From the NCBI GenBank assembly GCA_046498265.1, contig JAWOBB010000054.1, forward strand, positions 12,026 through 76,025: a stretch of 64,000 nucleotides of DNA, read 5' to 3'. The position numbers and the translations under genes were made by a program. Below are positions 1 to 9,074 of the stretch, piece by piece (the first letter of the stretch is position 1; every line of letters starts with the position of its first letter). A model generated the notes under the pieces. The model was not told the origin of the DNA and did not search any database. It saw nothing but the letters and a program-made list of their open reading frames with translations. Origin of the DNA: Dehalococcoidia bacterium (GTDB lineage: Bacteria; Chloroflexota; Dehalococcoidia; SZUA-161; SpSt-899).

Positions 1-669
1 CTGGATGACCCCAAGGGAGTGGTGGTTAAAGGGATCGTTTACGGAGGCAGGGACTCCGATACGTGTGTTCCGGTGGAGGAAGCTTTCGACTGGGCCCATG
101 GGATAATCACTAAAGGGGGGACACTGGAATCGGAGACCACCGCGGCAACCCTGGGGGAGAAGGGGATCAGGAAGTTTAACCCCATGTCCAATCTCGATTT
201 TCTCTCTATATCGATCGGGAGGTATATCCAGAACAGCCTGGATTTCGGCAGTAATCTTGATCAGCCGCCTCATATTTTCTCGGTGAACTATTTTATCAGA
301 GAGAAAGATACGGGGACTTTGTTGACCAGGAAGGTGGACAAGAAAGTCTGGTTCAAGTGGATGGAGCTTCGAGTCAATGGCGAAGTTGAAACGATTGTAA
401 CTCCCACCGGGCGGATACCCAAATACGCAGACCTTGTACCTCTTTTCAGAGAGGTCCTCGGATGCGATTATAACGAGGAAGATTATCTCATGCAGTTTAC
501 GGTACGAGTGCCTGAGCATATTGCCAAGATCGACCGAATCAGGAATATTTACAGTATGAATGTGATCGATACCCCTGCCCTGGTTTTTGAAATGCTGGAA
601 GCTCAGAGGGAGAGGCTTCTGGAGGCAAAGGAGAAATACGGAGATTACATAACCCCGGATAAATTGTGA
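1..669 (+). CDS. pckG: GTP-dependent phosphoenolpyruvate carboxykinase, C-terminal fragment (5' end lies outside the window)
   Basis: The ORF is in frame from nt 1. The translation carries the C-terminal PEPCK-GTP motifs (FSVNYFIRE..., KVWFKWMELRVNGEVETIVTPTGRIPKY). Confidence 0.8.
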   Translation: MDDPKGVVVKGIVYGGRDSDTCVPVEEAFDWAHGIITKGGTLESETTAATLGEKGIRKFNPMSNLDFLSISIGRYIQNSLDFGSNLDQPPHIFSVNYFIREKDTGTLLTRKVDKKVWFKWMELRVNGEVETIVTPTGRIPKYADLVPLFREVLGCDYNEEDYLMQFTVRVPEHIAKIDRIRNIYSMNVIDTPALVFEMLEAQRERLLEAKEKYGDYITPDKL

Positions 670-681
670 GCATTGAATTAA

Positions 682-2331
682 ATGCAGAAGGAACGATACT
701 TTCCCAAAGAATTTCCCACCGGACTTGCTTTACTCCACGATCGGGACCTGAATAAGGGTACGGCGTTTACCGAGGAAGAGAGGGATGCTTTTGGCCTCCG
801 CGGGCTGTTGCCACCGCACGTTCATACTCAGCAGGAACAGGCGATGCGGGTTCTGGAGAACTTCCATAACAAACCATCCGATCTGGAAAAGTATATCCAC
901 ATGATGGCTCTTCAGGAGAGAAATAAGACTCTCTTTTACCGTGTGGTGATGGACAACATCGAGGAAATGATGCCGATTGTCTATACCCCGACGGTGGGGC
1001 AGGCATGTATCCAGTACGGGCATATCTATCAGAGGTCTCGCGGATTATGTATTTCGGCAAATGACAGGGGCAGGATGGGCGATATCCTGCGCAACTGGCC
1101 TTATGAGGATATCCGCCTGATCGTCGTCACCGACGGAGAGCGCATCCTGGGGCTGGGTGACCTGGGGGCATGTGGAATGGGCATTCCTGTCGGCAAGCTC
1201 ATTCTCTACACTGCCTGTGCCGGCATTCATCCTTCGCTTTCCCTGCCCATAACCCTGGATGTGGGAACCGGCAACGAGTCATTGCTGAACGATTCCCTTT
1301 ACATCGGCCTCAAGCAGCAGCGGCTTACGGGTAAGGAGTACAATGATTTCATCGAAGAGTTCATCCTGGCTGTTCAGGAACGATATCCCCAGGCGCTGAT
1401 CCAGCTTGAAGACTTTGGCCACGCCAATGCTTTCGGGCTGTTGAGCAAATACCGGGACCGGGTTTGCCTCTTCGATGACGATATTCAGGGGACCGGAGCG
1501 GCGATCCTGGCGGGAATCTATTCTGCTCTGCGAATTATGGACAAACCTATAACCGATGAGAAGTTCCTGGTTCTCGGGGCCGGTCAGGCGGGAATCGGAA
1601 CCGCGGATATAATTGTCTCTGCCTTGATTGAGGAGGGATTCAGTGTCGAAGAGGCCCGACAACGGTGCTGGCTGGTCGACTCCCAAGGGCTTGTGGTGAA
1701 GGGAAGGGCAAATCTGAACGAGCAGAAAATGCCATATGCCCATGAGCACGAGTTCTGCCAGGATTTGCTTTCCGCAGTCGAATCTATTCGACCTCAGGTA
1801 ATCATCGGGGCCTCGGGGCAGCCGGGAAAATTCACCAGGAAGGTTCTGGAAGCTATGGCCGCTTTCAACGAAAGGCCGGTTATCTTCCCCTTGTCCAATC
1901 CCACTTCAAAGGCCGAATGCACTGCCGAAGATGCGTATAAGTGGACTGAGGGCCGGGCCATTTTCGCCAGCGGCAGCCCCTTCGGCCCCGTTACTTATAA
2001 GGGGGAAACTTATTTATCCAGCCAGGCAAATAATGCCTGCATTTTCCCCGGATTGGGATTAGGTGTTATTGCCTGCGGGGCGAGCCGGGTTACCAACGAG
2101 ATGTTCTTTGCAGCGGCGAAAGTACTGGCACACGAGGTATCGGCAAGCGACCTTAAGCAGGGGCTCCTCTATCCGCCCTTAACCCGTGTGAGGGAGGTTT
2201 CACTGGCGATTGGGATGGCGGTGGCAGAAGTTGCTTATGGCAACGGGTTGGCCGGTAAGCCAAAACCAGAGGACCTGGAGGCGTACATAAAATCGCAGGT
2301 ATATGAACCGAACTATGTTAGCTACATTTAG
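682..2331 (+). CDS. NAD(P)-dependent malic enzyme (large, about 550 aa type)
   Basis: 549 aa. N-terminal LNKGTAFTEEERDAFGLRGLLPP signature and Rossmann GLGDLGACGMGIPVGKL are typical of malic enzymes. Confidence 0.9.
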   Translation: MQKERYFPKEFPTGLALLHDRDLNKGTAFTEEERDAFGLRGLLPPHVHTQQEQAMRVLENFHNKPSDLEKYIHMMALQERNKTLFYRVVMDNIEEMMPIVYTPTVGQACIQYGHIYQRSRGLCISANDRGRMGDILRNWPYEDIRLIVVTDGERILGLGDLGACGMGIPVGKLILYTACAGIHPSLSLPITLDVGTGNESLLNDSLYIGLKQQRLTGKEYNDFIEEFILAVQERYPQALIQLEDFGHANAFGLLSKYRDRVCLFDDDIQGTGAAILAGIYSALRIMDKPITDEKFLVLGAGQAGIGTADIIVSALIEEGFSVEEARQRCWLVDSQGLVVKGRANLNEQKMPYAHEHEFCQDLLSAVESIRPQVIIGASGQPGKFTRKVLEAMAAFNERPVIFPLSNPTSKAECTAEDAYKWTEGRAIFASGSPFGPVTYKGETYLSSQANNACIFPGLGLGVIACGASRVTNEMFFAAAKVLAHEVSASDLKQGLLYPPLTRVREVSLAIGMAVAEVAYGNGLAGKPKPEDLEAYIKSQVYEPNYVSYI

Positions 2332-2422
2332 AAGCCTGGTGGGGAATAAATACTTCTGCCGGAGGCGGAATCCGCAGGGACGTCGGGTTAATTGAATGTA
2401 GCTGCCGCGAAATCGGGAATTT

Positions 2423-3427
2423 TTGAACGGAGCCTATTATTTGGAAATCATACCGGGAATACATCAGCTTAAACTCCCGTTAAAAGACAACCCACTGCAA
2501 TTCATTAATGCCTACCTCGTCGAAGGCACCGACGGATGGGTGCTGATCGATACCGGCTGGTACGACGAGGAATCGTTCGATGCTTTCACCGCACACCTGG
2601 AAAACATCGGGGTGGGGCCTGAGGAAATCAACCTGATTATCTGCACGCACATCCACCCCGACCACTTCGGCCTGGCCGGCAGGTTGAAGGAAAGCTGCCA
2701 GGCGGAGCTGGCGGTCAGTGAGGTGGCCAGGGAAATGCTCAATTCTATTGGTACCATGGGTTCCAGCATGTTTGAGGATATGAACGAATGGATATTGGCT
2801 AACGGCGCCCCCGACGATTATCTGACGGCCTTCAACGAAGCATCTTCAGAAGCGCTGAGCCTTTTGGTGCCGGCTGTCCCCGAAAGGGGACTCAAAGATG
2901 GTGAGGTAATTTCTACCGGCATTTTCGATCTGGAAGTTGTCTGGACTCCCGGACATTGCCCGGGCCACATCTGCCTCTATGAGTCCAGCAAAAGAATCCT
3001 GTTCTCCGGCGACCATATCCTGCCGGTGACCACTCCCAATATCAGTATCCACATGGAAGGGATCGGCGACCCGCTGGGTGACTACCTGGCTTCTATCAGG
3101 AGAATTCAGCATCTGGACATGGATCTGGGACTCCCTGCCCACGAAGATATCTACACCGACCTTGCCGGCAGGGTCGATGAACTGCTTGCCCATCACGAAG
3201 TGAGAAAGGGGGAAATCATCGAAGCCCTGGACTCCGGCCCTAAGACGGCTTTTGAAATCTCTGCCCGGATAACCTGGATGGAGGGGGAGATGCCATGGGA
3301 GGAGATGCTCCCCATCGATAAACGGATTGCCGTATCCGAGGCTCTGGCGCATCTCGAATCGCTGAGGGAGGAACAGCGTATCTCAAAATATCAAGAGGGC
3401 GAGCTGTATTACTACCACCTCGCCTGA
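2423..3427 (+). CDS. MBL-fold metallo-hydrolase (paralog 1)
   Basis: HxHxDH motif (THIHPDHFGLAG) plus downstream His/Asp ligands. 334 aa. Confidence 0.8.
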   Translation: MNGAYYLEIIPGIHQLKLPLKDNPLQFINAYLVEGTDGWVLIDTGWYDEESFDAFTAHLENIGVGPEEINLIICTHIHPDHFGLAGRLKESCQAELAVSEVAREMLNSIGTMGSSMFEDMNEWILANGAPDDYLTAFNEASSEALSLLVPAVPERGLKDGEVISTGIFDLEVVWTPGHCPGHICLYESSKRILFSGDHILPVTTPNISIHMEGIGDPLGDYLASIRRIQHLDMDLGLPAHEDIYTDLAGRVDELLAHHEVRKGEIIEALDSGPKTAFEISARITWMEGEMPWEEMLPIDKRIAVSEALAHLESLREEQRISKYQEGELYYYHLA

Positions 3428-3435
3428 TAATCGTA

Positions 3436-4446
3436 ATGGCACAACTCAATTTGCCAACTGAAATCATTCCCGGGATCTACCAGATCAGGCTCCCCCTGGA
3501 GAATAACCCGGCAGGTTACATCAATACCTATCTCATTGAAGGGGACAAAGAGCGGGCGATGGTCGATACCGGCTGGAATGACCCCAAAGCCCTTGAGGAT
3601 TTTGCTCGCCAGTTGGAATCCCTCGGGCTGGGCCTCGAGAACATTGACCGGGTAATCTATACCCACATCCACCCCGACCACTTCGGCCTGGCCGGTATCA
3701 TCAAGGCCGGATACGGGATCGAACTGGTCGCCCACCGGGAAGGAAAAGCGCTCATCGACTACCGCTATTATGGTCGAGAGCATTTTATCCCGGAACTGGG
3801 AGACTGGCATCTTCTTCACGGCGGTACCCGCACCCACGCCGAGGCGGTGATCGCCAATTCCACCGATTATACGAACCATGTCTGCCCGGTGTTTCCGGAT
3901 ATCCTGCTTGGGGGAGGGGAGACCATAGACATCTCCCCCTTCCATCTGCAGGTCATCTGGACCCCCGGCCACGATAACGACCACATCTGTATCTATGAAA
4001 AAGGGGCCGGCCTTCTCTTCTCCGGCGACCATATACTGCCGGATACAGTGCCCCATATCGGCGTGCATTCCGATATATCGTTCAATCCCCACACCAGCTA
4101 TATGGAATCCCTGAAGGCACTGCGCGATATTCCCGCCCGGACCGTCCTGCCCGGCCACGAACGGGTATTCGATACCCTGCCCGAGCGAATCGAGCAATTG
4201 CTGGCCTATCATACGCAGTTAAAAAATGAGATCCTGTCAGTGTTGCGGGCTGGACCGAAGAGCGCTTATCAGCTGTCGAGCCAGACCAAATGGATAGAAG
4301 GCCCGATGGAATGGGACAAGCTTGCCCCGGTGACACAGGCGGGGCTGGTCACCAAGGCCCTGGCATATCTCAAAGCCCTCTGCCTCGAAGGTAAGGTGGA
4401 GGAAAAGGTCGACAAAAACGGGCTGAGGCTTTACAATGCCACTTGA
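3436..4446 (+). CDS. MBL-fold metallo-hydrolase (paralog 2, tandem duplicate of the upstream gene)
   Basis: THIHPDHFGLAG motif and the same N-terminal EIIPGIYQIRLPL pattern as paralog 1. There is an 8 nt gap to the upstream gene. Confidence 0.8.
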   Translation: MAQLNLPTEIIPGIYQIRLPLENNPAGYINTYLIEGDKERAMVDTGWNDPKALEDFARQLESLGLGLENIDRVIYTHIHPDHFGLAGIIKAGYGIELVAHREGKALIDYRYYGREHFIPELGDWHLLHGGTRTHAEAVIANSTDYTNHVCPVFPDILLGGGETIDISPFHLQVIWTPGHDNDHICIYEKGAGLLFSGDHILPDTVPHIGVHSDISFNPHTSYMESLKALRDIPARTVLPGHERVFDTLPERIEQLLAYHTQLKNEILSVLRAGPKSAYQLSSQTKWIEGPMEWDKLAPVTQAGLVTKALAYLKALCLEGKVEEKVDKNGLRLYNAT

Positions 4447-4452
4447 GAGATT

Positions 4453-5418
4453 ATGATGTCGACAGACAGGGTAAAAGAGGAAACGGGATCGTTTGAACGA
4501 CCGCAGATATTCCGGCCGCCGAGCGAAGCCTACAGCTATTTCCTTCCCTTAACGAGCGGATGCTCCAACAATACCTGTACTTTCTGCCGCTACGGGGGCT
4601 CGAAACTGCAGATACGTGACGTGGGGGAGGTCAAGGAAGAAATCGATGCGTTGGCCCGGTATCTCGAGAGCGGCATCGTTCGCCCCGATATTCATCCCAT
4701 AGTCTACGCACTGGCTTCTCAACTGAATTCGAAAAGGGTTTTCCTGCAGGATGGGGACGCGCTGGCCTACCCGTATGCAAAGCTGGTGGAGGTACTCGAG
4801 TACCTCAATGAGAAATTCCCCTGGCTGGAGCGAATCGCCGCCTATTCCACCCCTCAGGACCTCTTGCGCCGCTCGGTTGAAGAGTTGAAAACCCTCAAGA
4901 GCCTGAAGCTGGATATAGTCTACGTGGGGCCGGAAAGCGGTGACGACGAGGTTCTCAAAAAGGTGAAAAAAGGGGTCACTCACCATGAAATAGTCGAAGG
5001 CTGCCTCAAAGCCAAAGATGCGGGAATAACCCTTTCGCTGACGGTCCTGCTGGGGCTGGGTGGGGTCGAGGGAAGCCGCAGGCATGCTTTAGAGACGGCT
5101 CGAATCCTCACCGAGATCGACCCCGAGTTCGTCGGGGCCCTGACCCTGACGCCGGTGCCGGGAACGCCCTTGTTCGAAGATATCAAGGCAGGCAAATTTG
5201 AGCCGATTTCCCCCTTCCAATCTCTGCAAGAATTGAGGATAATTATAGAAAGTGCTCACTTTACCAGTTGCTTCTTTAGCTCGATGCATGCCTCCAATTA
5301 CTTTTCCGTGCGGGGAAACCTGCCACCGGATAAAGAGCGAATGCTTGAGCAACTGGATACGGTTTTGAGCAAACAGGATGAGTCCCTGCTGCGACCGGAA
5401 TTTTTGAGGGGTCTATAA
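4453..5418 (+). CDS. Radical SAM domain protein with atypical CX4CX2C cluster motif
   Basis: GCSNNTCTFCRY cysteine triad followed by a glycine-rich SAM-binding region. It starts 6 nt after the MBL paralog 2 stop. Confidence 0.7.
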   Translation: MMSTDRVKEETGSFERPQIFRPPSEAYSYFLPLTSGCSNNTCTFCRYGGSKLQIRDVGEVKEEIDALARYLESGIVRPDIHPIVYALASQLNSKRVFLQDGDALAYPYAKLVEVLEYLNEKFPWLERIAAYSTPQDLLRRSVEELKTLKSLKLDIVYVGPESGDDEVLKKVKKGVTHHEIVEGCLKAKDAGITLSLTVLLGLGGVEGSRRHALETARILTEIDPEFVGALTLTPVPGTPLFEDIKAGKFEPISPFQSLQELRIIIESAHFTSCFFSSMHASNYFSVRGNLPPDKERMLEQLDTVLSKQDESLLRPEFLRGL

Positions 5419-5518
5419 GGGGAAGCGGTAACTAAGGAATCTGAAGAATAAGTGATGACTTCGGGGATCTGGGGGTAAAGGGGGTTGGTCAGAGGCTTCC
5501 TGAAGGGGGAATAACAGC

Positions 5519-6268
5519 ATGAGGAAAATCGCGGTCTCTTTATCGAAGGGAGGGGTGGGCAAGACCACCACTGCCATCAACCTCGCTCATGGCCTGGCCT
5601 TAGCCGGGGAAAGGGTTCTCTTAATAGATTGCGATACCCAGGGACAGTCGGCCAAGGCACTGGGAGTGGCCCCTGAAAAGGGTCTGGCTGATTTACTCAC
5701 CGGCAGCGCTACGCCCGAAGAGGCACTTTACGAGGCCAGGGAAGGATTGTGGATCCTGGCGGGAGGCAGGGACCTGGCAGGAGCCAAGAGGGAGGTCGAC
5801 CGCAGGACCTTCGGCGGGGAGATGGCGCTCTCCGAGGCCCTGGAGCCACTCGAAGGCAAGTTCGACTTCGTGATTATAGATACGGCTCCCAGCCTCGATA
5901 TCCTGAGCGTCAACGTGCTTTTCTACTGCAAAGAGGTCCTTACTCCGGTATCGCCCGATATTCTCACCCTCCACGGGGTAATCGATTTTCTCAACCAGAG
6001 CGTCATGGGCGTTCAGAAATATCACAAGGACCTGGTGGTCAAATACATCGTTCCCACTTTCTACGATTTGCGGGTCAAAAAGAGCAATGAGATCCTTACT
6101 CAACTCAAGGAGTATTTCCCCGAACAGCTGTGCGACCCCATCAAATATAACGTTCGGCTCTCCGAAGCGCCCGGATTCGGGCAGACCATCTTCGAGTTCG
6201 ATCCTAAATCAACCGGGGCCCGGGGATACCGGGCACTGACGGAAAAGGTGATGAGCGATGGTAGATAG
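5519..6268 (+). CDS. ParA/MinD/Soj-family P-loop ATPase (orphan)
   Basis: Deviant Walker A KGGVGKTTTAINLA. 249 aa, with a ParA-like overall pattern. Confidence 0.85.
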   Translation: MRKIAVSLSKGGVGKTTTAINLAHGLALAGERVLLIDCDTQGQSAKALGVAPEKGLADLLTGSATPEEALYEAREGLWILAGGRDLAGAKREVDRRTFGGEMALSEALEPLEGKFDFVIIDTAPSLDILSVNVLFYCKEVLTPVSPDILTLHGVIDFLNQSVMGVQKYHKDLVVKYIVPTFYDLRVKKSNEILTQLKEYFPEQLCDPIKYNVRLSEAPGFGQTIFEFDPKSTGARGYRALTEKVMSDGR

Positions 6269-7049
6269 AAGAAACACGCCGGATATTCTGGGAGACCTGC
6301 TGGGGGGAAGCCCTCCCCCTGCACCGAGTAACTCGCAGAAGGAAGCGGAGAAATCTTCTGCAAAACAGTCCGGGGGGCTCTCTGAAGTTTCCAAATCAAC
6401 TGATTTGGAGCAAAAAGACCCCCAGTATTTTGAGAACCTGCTTGAGCATGCCGCCAGTGCGCTGGTATTGGTAGGGCAGGTGCTGGGCCATCAGAGGCTG
6501 GTTGCCTGGCTGGATGAAATGCGCGATATATTCGCCTCGGATGAGACGGTCGCTGCCCGTAAAGCCCCGGAGGAATCGTTCAAGCAGAGCACGGCCAACT
6601 GGGCCGAAAGACGTCTTGGCGCCAAAACCACCGATATACATTACAAAGCCAATGGGCTGGCGGTTACCGACCCTTATGAGGTTGATGTGTGGGCGCATTT
6701 CAAGGGAGAAGGGGCCCAGAGCGACCTCGATGTGTGGCTCGAATGCAGGGATGTAGAGGAGCCGGTGAGAAAAAGCGATATCATGAAGTTTGTGCAAAAA
6801 GGAACGGATGTTTTCCATGCCGCTCATACCGGTAAACAGGATTTCTGGTTTGATCGCCTGATACTGGTATCCACTTCCTCATTCGATGTCCTGGCTTTGG
6901 AACTGGCTGACCAGGTGGGGGTTACCTGTGTCTCCTGCGACGATACCACCTATGAGTTCCAGTCGAATCCCAACTGGAAACTCAAACCCGGCTGGCTGAG
7001 AGACGCCGAAGCCAGCGAGGGCATCACCTGGCATAAGAAACCCCGTTGA
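6258..7049 (+). CDS. Hypothetical protein: disordered Ser/Pro/Lys-rich N-terminus and C-terminal Mrr-like (PD-(D/E)XK restriction-endonuclease fold) domain
   Basis: It overlaps the ParA stop by 11 nt, suggesting translational coupling. The C-terminal VWLECRD...LILVSTSSFDVLALELA resembles the Mrr catalytic core followed by the hhTTSxF motif. Confidence 0.6.
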   Translation: MVDRRNTPDILGDLLGGSPPPAPSNSQKEAEKSSAKQSGGLSEVSKSTDLEQKDPQYFENLLEHAASALVLVGQVLGHQRLVAWLDEMRDIFASDETVAARKAPEESFKQSTANWAERRLGAKTTDIHYKANGLAVTDPYEVDVWAHFKGEGAQSDLDVWLECRDVEEPVRKSDIMKFVQKGTDVFHAAHTGKQDFWFDRLILVSTSSFDVLALELADQVGVTCVSCDDTTYEFQSNPNWKLKPGWLRDAEASEGITWHKKPR

Positions 7050-7128
7050 GTCTCTAGAGTTTTACCTGACTGGTAATTCGCCTTTTTCTGGTACGAGTCA
7101 GTTTTAGTTTAGACAGCAGGGGACTGGT

Positions 7129-7626
7129 TTGCCGTATTGCGAACAGTGTGGAAAATTTAACTGGGATGACCAGTCGGTATGCGCCTCATGCGGGGCACCG
7201 TTGAACCCTTTGGCAGCCCGAAAGCATGAGGCAGAACCACTTCCTCTCAATGAGGAAACAGCCGTACAGCAGCCGGGTATCAAGGAATTCATTCTCGGGA
7301 TATTGAGCATCTGGCCCGTCCTTTATTTTTTCCTTTTCATGATCCTCGCCTTTACCATGCTGAGTGCCATCCTGGATGATGAGGAAGAGTTATCCGGTTC
7401 TGCTAAGGCATTGGGGACCGTACTGATTTATCTTTTCTACCCGACCGTTATTCTGATGCTCAGCCTCATCTTCAATTTCATCTTTTATTATGTATTCCGC
7501 AGCCACCGGGTGCCCCGGGAGAACAGGATCCTGTGGTCGGTCCTTCTGGTGTCTATCAATATATTTGCTCTGCCGATATTCTGGTATTCGTATATATGGG
7601 AGAATAAAAACGCCGAAGGCGGATAG
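7129..7626 (+). CDS. Zinc-ribbon membrane protein with PLDc_N-like C-terminal TM segment
   Basis: TTG start. N-terminal CxxC...CxxC, then 3-4 hydrophobic helices. Confidence 0.55.
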   Translation: MPYCEQCGKFNWDDQSVCASCGAPLNPLAARKHEAEPLPLNEETAVQQPGIKEFILGILSIWPVLYFFLFMILAFTMLSAILDDEEELSGSAKALGTVLIYLFYPTVILMLSLIFNFIFYYVFRSHRVPRENRILWSVLLVSINIFALPIFWYSYIWENKNAEGG

Positions 7627-7683
7627 CAGTTGTGCACCGTCGGCTTATATTTTTTATAATCAAGGACCAACGAAAGGAGGAAT

Positions 7684-8013
7684 ATGTTTGATTTTGGTGC
7701 CGGCATAGCCATTATTCTGGTGGCTTTTGCCATACAAACCCTGCTTGCGGCCGGGTTTCTGTGGCTTGCCATGAAGATGCTGGGAGAGGAGGGAACATTC
7801 GTCTCACTGATTGTTGCCTGTGTTATAGCCTCTATAATCTCACTGGTACCTTTTATTGGCGGACTGCTGGGGTTAATCGCGCTCATATTCATGATTACTC
7901 AATTCACCTCGGCGGGTGGTTTTACTGCCATCATTATTGTTATTATCTCTTGGGCACTTGCCTTTGCCGCAGCCCTCGGTTTACTTGTGGCATTTGGAGC
8001 CGCAGCCTTTTAG
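7684..8013 (+). CDS. Small hydrophobic membrane protein
   Basis: 109 aa, almost entirely TM helices. An AGGAGG RBS lies 6 nt upstream of the ATG. Confidence 0.5.
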   Translation: MFDFGAGIAIILVAFAIQTLLAAGFLWLAMKMLGEEGTFVSLIVACVIASIISLVPFIGGLLGLIALIFMITQFTSAGGFTAIIIVIISWALAFAAALGLLVAFGAAAF

Positions 8014-8072
8014 CGATTTCTGCAGTAATGAAGAGGAATATTGTTAATTAATCAGTGAGCAACAGGCTTGAC

Positions 8073-8101
8073 TTGCCAGCTATTATCTGGCCGGTTATAA
8101 T
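8073..8101 (+). promoter_or_regulatory. sigma70-like promoter of tRNA-Gln (TTGCCA-17-TATAAT)
   Basis: A hexamer pair with a 17 nt spacer sits about 19 nt upstream of the tRNA 5' end. Confidence 0.4.
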
Positions 8102-8119
8102 TACTTACTGTCGCGAAGG

Positions 8120-8193
8120 TGGGGATTGGTGTAGCGGTAACACAGCTGACTCTGGATCAGCAACCACAGGTTCGACTCCTGTATCCCCAGCCA
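8120..8193 (+). tRNA. tRNA-Gln (anticodon CTG), CCA encoded
   Basis: Cloverleaf readable by eye: U1-A72, an anticodon stem GCTGA/TCAGC with loop CUCUGGA, a T-arm GGTTCGACTCC, and it ends CCCCAG-CCA. It resembles E. coli tRNA-Gln. Confidence 0.85.
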
Positions 8194-8367
8194 GCCTTCA
8201 TAAAATTTTCTATGCTCCATAGTCTCAGTGCCGGGTCAATTCGACTGGCAAGCACGTTTAATTTCCCCAGGACATGTTTGGTATCTAATTATTGACAAGG
8301 GTTTCATCTTATATTAAGGGATTTACTGCGTGACAATTCATTGTGCTATAATAACTTGCGTTTAAAA

Positions 8368-9063
8368 ATGGTCAAGGCAGTTTTCTTCGATCTCGTCAAC
8401 ACCCTCATCCATCATGACCCGCTGCCGGAGGAACGGCAACATCAGGCTTTGAAACAGTTTAACATTGAACTCTCGAAAGAAAACCTTCGCCGGGGATTCT
8501 GGGCAGCCAACGATTTTTTCAGCCGGGAAAGTGCCCGGGCCCCGGTCGAGGCTCGCTCGGAAGAGAAGAGACTGGAGGTGTTTATCCAGTTTGAACAGAT
8601 CTGGTTATCCGAAGCTGGATTTGAGGCTTCCCGTGAGCTGGCTGTTGAACTGTTGAAACTTGTGCGCAGCGATAATCCCGGGGTAGCTCCGTTCGAAGAT
8701 GCCGTCCCCGCCCTGACCGAGCTCAGAAAAAGGGGGCTGGCGGTGGGACTGGTATCCAATCTCGATACCACGTTGGAGCGCTTCTGCCCCGATTTCGACC
8801 TGGCAGCTTACCTGGATTTCGCCGTCATCTCCCACGAAGTCGGTTTTGAAAAGCCTCATCCCCAGATATTTGAACTGGCCCTCAGCCGGGCCGGGGCAAC
8901 AGCCTCGGAAGCGCTGATGGTGGGGGATCAATTTCATTCCGATATCATGGGAGCACTCGGTATCGGAATAAAACCGCTGTGGCTGGACCGCGACGGGGTC
9001 TTCGACGACCACAGGGATTGCCAGCGAATCGGCGGTCTGATGGAGATCATGGAGCATATTTAA
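8368..9063 (+). CDS. HAD-superfamily hydrolase
   Basis: FFDLVNTLI (DxD-type motif I) and MVGDQFHSDIMGALGIG (motif IV). The true start is probably the ATG at 8368 rather than the ORF-track 8341. Confidence 0.8.
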   Translation: MVKAVFFDLVNTLIHHDPLPEERQHQALKQFNIELSKENLRRGFWAANDFFSRESARAPVEARSEEKRLEVFIQFEQIWLSEAGFEASRELAVELLKLVRSDNPGVAPFEDAVPALTELRKRGLAVGLVSNLDTTLERFCPDFDLAAYLDFAVISHEVGFEKPHPQIFELALSRAGATASEALMVGDQFHSDIMGALGIGIKPLWLDRDGVFDDHRDCQRIGGLMEIMEHI

Positions 9064-9074
9064 GGAAGTGTCTT

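Noticed and set aside
8341-8367. ORF-track 5' extensions (HAD 8341, ilvE 8979, lysC 33092, FAD protein 20715, pstS 48866, glnS 55354, gltX 53781, activase 16440)
   Set aside because: In each case a downstream start with a good Shine-Dalgarno aligns with the conserved family N-terminus. The extensions run through neighbouring genes, promoters or a palindromic repeat.
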